Made by a program: the position numbers and the translations under genes. A stretch of 32,000 nt of DNA, taken from NCBI RefSeq assembly GCF_000023965.1, contig NC_013202.1:60001-92000 (forward strand), given 5' to 3'. Positions 26,350-32,000 of this stretch are shown here, in pieces. The stretch's first letter is position 1; each line of letters opens with the position of its first letter. The notes beneath the pieces are model-generated. The model was not told where the DNA came from. It did not search any database and saw nothing but the letters and a program-made list of their open reading frames with translations. This DNA is from Halomicrobium mukohataei DSM 12286. GTDB lineage: Archaea; Halobacteriota; Halobacteria; Halobacteriales; Haloarculaceae.

Positions 26350-27042
26350 TCGCGGTGTAGTACGACACGAGCTGGAGCTGGACGTTCGCGAGCACCGCGG
26401 CCGCTTCGGGGCGGCTCTCGGGAAACTCCAGCACCTTGTCGGCGTATCGCTCTACGTCGCTTCGCCCGTCCGTGACGGCGATGACGGGCGCGTCGCGAGC
26501 TTCCACTTCTTTGACGTTGCCGACGGTCTTGCGAGCCTGCTCGCCGTCGCCGACGACGGCCGCAAACACGGGCGTGTCCTCGGTGGCCAGCGCCAGCGGG
26601 CCGTGTTTCAGTTCGCCGGTGGCGAAGCCCTCGGCGTGTTTGTACGTAATCTCTTTCATCTTCAGTGTACCATCCAGCCCTCCCTGTCGAGGCGGGCAAA
26701 TTCGCCGTCGGCCAGATAGACCTTCTTGTCCGTGTAATCGCGGAAGGCGGACACGGCGCTGGCGAGATACGTCGCGTCGTCGTCCAGCCCCAGCACGAGC
26801 GGCGAGTCGTTTCGTGCAACGAAGACGGCATCTGTGCCGGCGACGGCATAACTCCCTTCGAGTCGGTCGACGGCGGTTCGCAGCGCGGCCTCTGGCTCGG
26901 CTCCGTCGGCCGCCTCATGGCCACCGAGAGCGACGCCAGCCGAGTCGTAGCCCGGGTACTGCAGTTTCGAGAGCCCATAGACCAGCACGTCCAGTGTCTC
27001 GTCGCCGCGGCCGACACAGCTGATGATGATGATGTCACACAT
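26350..27042 (-). pseudogene. glmS: glmS (glutamine--fructose-6-phosphate aminotransferase) relic with large internal deletions and a truncated 3' end
   Basis: The N-terminus is MCDIIIISCVGRGDETLDVLVYGLSKLQYPGYDSAGVAL. It jumps directly to ..DGAEPEAALRTAVDRLEGSYAVAGTDAVFVARNDSPLVLG..YLADGEFARLDREGW, then a stop. The second SIS domain follows: KEITYKHAEGFATGELKHGPLALATEDTPVFAAV..VLANVQLQLVSYYTA. Similarity ends at ~26350. Only ~690 nt remain of an expected ~1.8 kb. Confidence 0.8.
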
Positions 27043-27049
27043 TATCGGA

Positions 27050-27220
27050 CTACCTCCATCTCTCCTCGATCTGTCTGAAGGCGTGGACGCCCGCGTGCAG
27101 CGTCGCATCGGCGTCGACACGGGTGTCCACATCGAGTACGGTGTTCTGGACGGTCGCGTTCGCGCCGACGGTGACGAGCACAGAGGATGACACGCTGGAG
27201 AACCATCGTTTCGTCCAGCG
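27050..27220 (-). pseudogene. C-terminal remnant of a hexapeptide-repeat (left-handed beta-helix) sugar-phosphate nucleotidyl/acetyltransferase, glmU-like
   Basis: Minus-strand frame: ..SSVLVTVGANATVQNTVLDVDTRVDADATLHAGVHAFRQIEERWR*. The stop (27050-27052) is 7 nt upstream of the glmS relic ATG, which is glmU-glmS operon spacing. Everything upstream is replaced by the 3' end of the Tat-protein gene. The family assignment is tentative. Confidence 0.35.
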
Positions 27221-28156
27221 CTAGCCGTCGTTCCCGCGACCTCGCCCACGCTGAACCTGAGCTTTCGGGAACGAATATGCCTCACCGGCCACCTGGAGAT
27301 TGCGGTAGTAGGCGTCGAGCACCGAGGGGCCGTCGTAGGGGTCGCCGCGGCCGACGCCGACGGTGAGGACCTCGGCGTCGCCGTAGGCAGAGAGCGGCGT
27401 CGTACCGAGATCTTCGAACTGCCGACTCGCGACCGACAGTTCCTGCCAGGCGGGCTCGGCGTCGTCGTCAAGTTCCGCGCCCACGTCGCGGGTGTGCCAC
27501 TGGTCGGTGGCGCGATCCTGTTCGAACTCCCTGATAATCGCCGTCAGTCGGCCGGCGAGGGCGTCGTCGACGAGGGCGGTCTCGCGATCCGTCGCAGTGG
27601 GCTGGCGCAGGATGAGCCAGGCTTCGTCCGGGCCGACGCCAACGGTCTCCTGGTCGGTGCCGACGGCGGAGACGTTCTCCTCGGTGACGAGCCACTCGTA
27701 AGAGAAGCCAGCCCCACCGCCATACGTGGCGAGATCACGAACCGTGAGTTCACGATTCGTGAGCCCGAGCATCGAGAACCCGTAGTCGAAGGTCACGTGA
27801 TCGTCACCGTCGTCGTCCTCGTTCCCGCCGTTACCCTGTCCGCCACTGCCGCGGCCCTGTCCCTCGCCACCGCGGCCCGACTCCGCGGGCAGGGACGTGA
27901 TGTGCAGGACCTCCCGGTCAGGCGACTGTCCCTGGCCGGGACGAGTCGGATCCGGTGCGCTCTCGACGCTCACCGCGTCACTGAGGCCGAGAATCCGACT
28001 GTCTTCGGTAAAGTCGGCCGCCGCGTGGACGCCGTTCGTCTGTGACAACAGTACGTCCATCTCCGATTCACCCTCCGCCGAGGCGGAGGAAAGCGCCGTG
28101 CTCCCGAGGAGCGTCGCACCGACTCCTTTGAGGAGCAGCCGTCGATCGATGTTCAT
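27221..28156 (-). CDS. Tat-secreted hypothetical protein
   Basis: Twin-arginine signal: MNIDRRLLLKGVGATLLGSTALSSASA. It has an acidic, Gly/Gln-rich low-complexity stretch (GRGGEGQGRGSGGQGNGGNEDDDGDD). Codon usage is GC-rich and core-like. No recognisable domain was found. Confidence 0.7.
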   Translation of the reverse strand: MNIDRRLLLKGVGATLLGSTALSSASAEGESEMDVLLSQTNGVHAAADFTEDSRILGLSDAVSVESAPDPTRPGQGQSPDREVLHITSLPAESGRGGEGQGRGSGGQGNGGNEDDDGDDHVTFDYGFSMLGLTNRELTVRDLATYGGGAGFSYEWLVTEENVSAVGTDQETVGVGPDEAWLILRQPTATDRETALVDDALAGRLTAIIREFEQDRATDQWHTRDVGAELDDDAEPAWQELSVASRQFEDLGTTPLSAYGDAEVLTVGVGRGDPYDGPSVLDAYYRNLQVAGEAYSFPKAQVQRGRGRGNDG

Positions 28157-28249
28157 GGGGGGATCCAGCGAAGAGAGGAGACGAACGGTGATTGTTAGCC
28201 ACAGGTAAGTTTGCGATCGGAGCAGTAACGATCGCTTTGTGTGGACGAC

Positions 28250-28340
28250 GCAGAACCCGAAGAGGACGGTCTGCGGACAAAGGCGAGCTTACGGAGAATC
28301 GAGGAGAAAGCCCCGCCCTCTAGGGCGGGGAGGATGTCAA
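28250..28340 (+). repeat. Orphan IS200/IS605 right-end-like (omega-RNA-tip-like) repeat
   Basis: GAAAGCCCCGCCCTCTAGGGCGGGGAGGATGTCAA (28306-28340) shares the terminal 14 nt GGGGAGGATGTCAA and the preceding hairpin with the minus-strand tip of the tnpB element at 4973-5010. Upstream blocks are also similar: GAACCCGAAGAGGACGG versus GAACCCCGAGGAAACG, and CGGAGAATC versus CGGGGAATC. There is no tnpB next to it. Confidence 0.5.
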
Positions 28341-28344
28341 TCGG

Positions 28345-30378
28345 TCAGTCGTCGGACTCGATTTCGTCCCGGCCGAGAAGCGAGCGGGCTGCCGTGAGCG
28401 TCGCCGTCGCGTCGTCGCGATCCGGGCCGGTCGGCGAGAACGCGGCACGCTCGTAGGCCTCGACGATCCGTTCGAGCGCAGTCCGTTCGGCGTCGCCGAG
28501 GGATTCGCTCTGTTCGAGGAGGTCCCAGTGAGTACCCGTCGCGGAGCCGTCCAGGTAGCCGTCTCGCACGCCAGCGTACGCGGCGCGGACGGCCGCACCC
28601 GCGGCACCGCCGTCGAGGAACCGTTCCGCCCGGTCGAGTGCCGTCGCGAGCGCGTCGTCGGCAGCGGGCGTGGCCGTCCGTGTGGGCGTCGGGCGATCGA
28701 CGGCATCCTCCGACTCCTCCTCGCTAGTTCGCCGCCGACGGACGAACAGCCCGCCACCGGCGAGGATCACGACACCCGCGGCGATCGTGAACCAGCGTCC
28801 GTCACCGAACAACCAGTTCACGACACCGCTCTCCGACGCGTTCACATCGGTCGAGATCGTCACCGTCGCGCGGCTCGATTCGAGGTTGGTTCCGCTCCCG
28901 TCGAAGCGAGCCCCCACGTCGACGGTCGCGTCGGATCCGTCGGTGGGGAGAGACGCGTCGAAGCGACCGTCCTCGTCGGTCCGGACCGTCGTGACGACGC
29001 TGTCGCCGCGAGTGACGCTCACCGTCTGTGAACCGACCGGCTCGCCCCCCTCGGTCGTGAGCTGGCCGGTCAGCGAGACGTTTTGCCCGCTCTCCGTGGC
29101 GTCGATCGAGAGAGCCGTCGGCGTCGTCGACACGTCGACGGTGGTGTTCGAACCAGCGGTGGTGATCGCTCGGTTCGACAGCGGCATCGACACCAGTAGC
29201 GATCGTTCGCCCGGAGACACGCGGGCGGACAGGTTCGATCGGAGCCGGACGCGCCCGCGCTCGTCGGTCGTCGCCCGGCCGAGTGAGAGGCCGTCGAGCG
29301 TCGCGGTCAGTGGAACGCCCTCGACGGGCTCGCCCTGAACTTCGAGGAGGGCGGTCCCGCCGGCCGGTCGTCCGTAGCTCGTCTCCTCGGTCGCGTTCCG
29401 GACCGTCAGCGTCGCGGCCACCTGCTCGACCTCGACGGGGAGGGTCGCGTTCGAGCCGAGATAGATCGAGGCGTCGTCTGGCACGTACTGGACCGTGACT
29501 TCCGACGCGTTGCGGGGGAGCGTGCGCGGGCGATACGAGAGGTCGAAGCGACCGTCGGCGTCGGTGGTGACCGGACGGGGACGGCCCGCGACCGTGAGCA
29601 GCAAGCGCTCGTTCGCGACGGCGGTCCCGTTCGCCATCGTGAGCCGCCCGCTCACCCGGAGCGGGTCGTCGTAGGCGATCGTTCGGGTCGCGTCGAGTAC
29701 CGTCAAGTTCGTCTCGACGAACGTCTGGCGTCGCACCGTCGTCGCGGTCTCGGTGGTGTTGGTGGTGACGTTCCGGACGGCCGTCCGTTCGACAGTCGTG
29801 TCGATCCCGGTCTGGTTCCCGAGTCGGGCGTAGCCCTGCGCGACGCTGGTGCCGGTGTCGTTGATCCGGTCGCCCAGCCGTGCCATTTCGCGGGCCGCGG
29901 CTCGTGCTTCGGACGTGTTGCCCTCCCGGCGGGCCGACTGGTAGCGTTCCCGGGCTTGCTCGAAGCGCTGGAGTTGCGTCGTGAGATTGCGCTGGTTCTC
30001 GGTGACCTCGCGGTAGGTCTCGCCAGCGTCGTCGTCGCCACGGTCGCCGGTGTCACCGGCGACGTCGACGTACTGTTCGAGCCGGCTGTCGTAGTCCTCG
30101 CCCAGTGCGTCCCGTGCGCGTTCGTACTCCCCTTCGCTCAGTGCGACGGTGCTCGACGACAGTTGCTCGTCGAGGCGATCGCCGAGCCAGCGGCGGAGTT
30201 GTTGCACGTCCCCGGAGTCCGACACCGAGTCGGGGTCCTCGTGCTGGACCGTGTCGTTGGTCGTTCCGTTCGGCGTCGCCGTGGACTGAGCGACGGCAGC
30301 GTCGCTGGCGACGCCGGTGAGGCCGACACAGGCGAGACAGAGACACGCGACACAGAGGACGATCCAGCGGTTCGACAC
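28345..30378 (-). CDS. Membrane-anchored surface protein with CarboxypepD_reg/Ig-like repeats and a cytoplasmic DUF4129-like C-terminal domain
   Basis: Signal/anchor: VSNRWIVLCVACLCLACVGLTGVASDAAVAQS. A helical Asp/Glu/Arg-rich region follows. Repeats read RVSGRLTMANGTAVANERLLLTVAGRPRPVTTDADGRFDLSY and similar. A TM helix (WFTIAAGVVILAGGGLFVRRRR) precedes a tail with THWDLLE..LERIVEAYERAAFSP. I use GTG 30378 as the start because TTTTTAC lies ~32 nt upstream. The ORF-track ATG 30519 overlaps the upstream gene. Confidence 0.7.
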   Translation of the reverse strand: MSNRWIVLCVACLCLACVGLTGVASDAAVAQSTATPNGTTNDTVQHEDPDSVSDSGDVQQLRRWLGDRLDEQLSSSTVALSEGEYERARDALGEDYDSRLEQYVDVAGDTGDRGDDDAGETYREVTENQRNLTTQLQRFEQARERYQSARREGNTSEARAAAREMARLGDRINDTGTSVAQGYARLGNQTGIDTTVERTAVRNVTTNTTETATTVRRQTFVETNLTVLDATRTIAYDDPLRVSGRLTMANGTAVANERLLLTVAGRPRPVTTDADGRFDLSYRPRTLPRNASEVTVQYVPDDASIYLGSNATLPVEVEQVAATLTVRNATEETSYGRPAGGTALLEVQGEPVEGVPLTATLDGLSLGRATTDERGRVRLRSNLSARVSPGERSLLVSMPLSNRAITTAGSNTTVDVSTTPTALSIDATESGQNVSLTGQLTTEGGEPVGSQTVSVTRGDSVVTTVRTDEDGRFDASLPTDGSDATVDVGARFDGSGTNLESSRATVTISTDVNASESGVVNWLFGDGRWFTIAAGVVILAGGGLFVRRRRTSEEESEDAVDRPTPTRTATPAADDALATALDRAERFLDGGAAGAAVRAAYAGVRDGYLDGSATGTHWDLLEQSESLGDAERTALERIVEAYERAAFSPTGPDRDDATATLTAARSLLGRDEIESDD

Positions 30379-30406
30379 TGTCTTGCCGGGAGTATCGACC
30401 GGGTGC

Positions 30407-30413
30407 GTAAAAA
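30407..30413 (-). promoter_or_regulatory. TATA-like box (minus strand TTTTTAC)
   Basis: It is centred ~32 nt upstream of GTG 30378 in otherwise GC-rich spacer. Confidence 0.25.
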
Positions 30414-30490
30414 CCGTGCGCCTTTCGGGGGCGAGCCCGAGAGCGCCGGAGCTGTCGCGCGTTCGTAATGGATATCTAACGAATGAGGCG

Positions 30491-30628
30491 TTACTTTTCG
30501 AACGTTTCCTCGTACTCACAGGAGGGACAGCTCACGACGGTCGGTGCGTCGGCCCCACCGGGCATCGCGGTCATGTGGTCGAGGAGAGCGTCACACTGGG
30601 GACATGTGCTGGGGATCGTTTCTGGCAT
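30491..30628 (-). CDS. Small CPxC..CPxC zinc-ribbon protein (45 aa; alternative 74-aa form from GTG 30715)
   Basis: MPETIPSTCPQCDALLDHMTAMPGGADAPTVVSCPSCEYEETFEK has two CPxC knuckles. ATG 30628 lies ~30 nt downstream of an AT-rich TATA-like patch, whereas the longer ORF starts at a GTG and runs through that AT-rich patch. Confidence 0.55.
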   Translation of the reverse strand: MPETIPSTCPQCDALLDHMTAMPGGADAPTVVSCPSCEYEETFEK

Positions 30629-30653
30629 TAGAACGCAATTCTCACCGACTGCA

Positions 30654-30662
30654 AATATAATT
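30654..30662 (-). promoter_or_regulatory. TATA-like box (minus strand ATTATATTT) for the small zinc-ribbon gene
   Basis: There is a conspicuous AT-rich patch (30650-30690) in GC-rich DNA. The box is centred ~30 nt upstream of ATG 30628. Confidence 0.3.
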
Positions 30663-30798
30663 TCTGGATCGAACTGATTATAATCTGTGACTGTTTCCCT
30701 GTGTTTGTCCGACACTGTCGAGAAAGGAACGATGGGCGTCGCTCGCCCCGGTTGACGAAACCAGTAGCTTCAATGGGACGCGAGCGAAGCAACGAGCC

Positions 30799-32000
30799 AT
30801 GCAGGTGACGCGTCGGTACTGGACGGTCGCCGCCCTCGGGACGGCGCTTGCCGTCTGGGGCGTCGTCGTCGCGGGGCCGCTGCCCGTACTCGGAAGCGGT
30901 GCCATCGGAGCCTGGTTGCTCGTCCGACAGTACCGGTTCGTCCGATCGGCGACACGGGTACCCCAGAGAGTCAGCGTCGACCTCTCGACGCGGGACCGAG
31001 TCACGGCCGAAGAGACCGCCGAGCTGACCGTCGGTGTGACTCTCGACACCGCGATGCCGGTCCCGCTCACCGTCACCGTCGAGCCACCGGTCGGTGCGAC
31101 CGGCGACCCGGCGACGGTCGCGCTCGCGCCCGGCGAACGCGAGGCGGTCGCGTCGACGGCCGTGACCTGGCCGGTCGCGGGCTCGTTCACCGTCGACGAC
31201 GTGTCGCTGTCGATCTCCGACGCGGACGGGCTCTTCGCCCAGGTGGTCGATCTCGACGCCGGCCGCGAAGTCGCGGTCAGCCCGCGGGCACCCGACGATC
31301 TCCACGTCGGAGAGGGCGGAAATCCGATCGCGACCGGCTTCGGCGAGCAGGCGTCGAGCCAGATCGGTACCGGCATCGAGCCCGCCGAGATCCGGGAGTA
31401 CGTGCCCGGCGACGCCGTCCGACAGATCGACTGGAAGGCGACGGCACGGCTCGACCAGCCACACGTCATGGAGTTCGAGGGCGGCGCGGACCGGCAGACT
31501 ATCCTGGTGTTCGACCACCGCGCGTCGATGGGCGACGGACGAGCCGGGACGACCAAACTCGACTACGCGAGACAGCTCGCGGTCGCGATCGTCGACCGAG
31601 CACGCACCGACGACGACGGGCTCGGCTACTACGCCGTCGGCGACGACGGCGTGACGACGGCGATCAGCCCGCTGGTCAGAACCGACGCCTGGGCCACGGT
31701 CCGAACGAAGCTGCTCGCGGCCGCGACGACCGACGGTCGGTCCGGCGGCGTCGGACCCGGACGGTCGCCGAACACACGGCTCGCCAGCCGAGTCGCGAGC
31801 GACGATTCGGCGTTTGGACGGACGCTCGAACCGTTTCTGTCGGAAGGTGGGGCGTACCAGCAGCGCTTCGACGCACAGCCGCTGGCGGGCGCGATCAGGA
31901 CGGCCGAGTACCCCAGTGACATCGTCGTCCGGACGGTCATCGTGACCGACGACAGCCGCCCGGACGAACTGCGAGCGGCGGTCCGGCGTGCCAGCCGGAA
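30799..32000 (+). CDS. DUF58 (vWA-like) domain protein, 3' end beyond window; not listed in the ORF track
   Basis: Manual translation from ATG 30799 shows no stop codon up to nt 32000: MQVTRRYWTVAALGTALAVWGVVVAGPLPVLGSGAIGAWLLV... The DUF58 hallmark is EIREYVPGDAVRQIDWKATARLDQPHVMEFE, followed by ILVFDHRASMG (vWA-like). The two long minus-strand ORFs listed here are Arg/Ser/Pro-rich shadows. Confidence 0.85.
   Translation, partial: MQVTRRYWTVAALGTALAVWGVVVAGPLPVLGSGAIGAWLLVRQYRFVRSATRVPQRVSVDLSTRDRVTAEETAELTVGVTLDTAMPVPLTVTVEPPVGATGDPATVALAPGEREAVASTAVTWPVAGSFTVDDVSLSISDADGLFAQVVDLDAGREVAVSPRAPDDLHVGEGGNPIATGFGEQASSQIGTGIEPAEIREYVPGDAVRQIDWKATARLDQPHVMEFEGGADRQTILVFDHRASMGDGRAGTTKLDYARQLAVAIVDRARTDDDGLGYYAVGDDGVTTAISPLVRTDAWATVRTKLLAAATTDGRSGGVGPGRSPNTRLASRVASDDSAFGRTLEPFLSEGGAYQQRFDAQPLAGAIRTAEYPSDIVVRTVIVTDDSRPDELRAAVRRASR

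Noticed and set aside
26108-26659. ORF 26108-26659 as a stand-alone SIS-domain protein, and ORF 26662-27471 as a 269-aa protein.
   Set aside because: The first is the second SIS domain of GlmS read through past the homology break into junction DNA and into the neighbouring GT2 start. The second is the glmS N-terminal relic extended upstream through the glmU-like remnant and antisense to the Tat-protein gene. Both are better explained as pseudogene pieces.
28311-28330. Hairpin CCCCGCCC-TCTA-GGGCGGGG interpreted simply as the terminator of gene 28345-30378.
   Set aside because: This is not fully rejected, since it may well terminate transcription. A plain terminator does not explain the 14-nt identity and extended similarity to the tip of the tnpB element at 4973, so the IS-derived interpretation is reported as the primary one.
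30628-31940. Minus-strand ORFs 30628-31518, 30678-31556 and 31629-31940 listed in the ORF track.
   Set aside because: They lie antisense to the plus-strand DUF58 gene, which has a clear family hallmark. Their translations are Arg/Pro/Ser-rich with no recognisable features.

Overview
No rRNA, tRNA, CRISPR array, integrase or recognisable defence system was seen, and I found no clear-cut novel system. The sequence looks like a haloarchaeal (class Halobacteria) replicon: high GC (40/60 G+C in nt 1-60), very acidic proteins, a twin-arginine signal, leaderless-type TATA geometry and ISH-type insertion sequences.

GC-rich core genes sit at both ends. On the left are a MacB-type ABC ATPase, a 1039-aa duplicated FtsX permease with CARDB/Ig-like ectodomains, and a DUF1616 membrane protein. 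On the right are glmU/glmS relics, a Tat-secreted protein, a surface protein with a DUF4129-like tail, a small zinc-ribbon protein and a DUF58 protein. The DUF58 gene is absent from the supplied ORF track because it runs off the window.

These flanks bracket a ~21-kb foreign, IS-riddled surface-glycan biosynthesis island (about 4973-26350) with two modules:
- A ~1/3 G+C module (19/60 at 9001-9060) encodes GT4, GT2, GT4 and a 560-aa polytopic GT-C/polymerase-like protein.
- A ~1/2 G+C five-gene minus-strand operon (29/60 at 23041-23100) encodes a Dol-P-sugar-synthase-like GT2, wecB, wecC, a WbuB-like GT4 and a heparinase II/III-like protein.

The island holds at least nine mobile-element copies or relics:
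- a truncated IS200/IS605 tnpB with its right end
- two inverted ISH8-like IS4 copies
- three IS6-family copies
- an IS701/ISH3-like element carrying a nested IS630-like element
- a 150-bp MITE
- an IS110 5' fragment

Most boundaries and target-site duplications can be read directly from the sequence.

The best leads are:
- a sequence-proven inversion of ~10.3 kb between the ISH8-like copies
- an orphan copy of the tnpB right-end/omega-RNA-like tip 23 kb from the dead tnpB
- a possible bridge-RNA leader on the IS110 stump
- non-halophile-looking (Lys/Asn/Ile-rich) glycosyltransferases in a salt-in host
- a signal-less lyase-fold protein inside a biosynthetic operon
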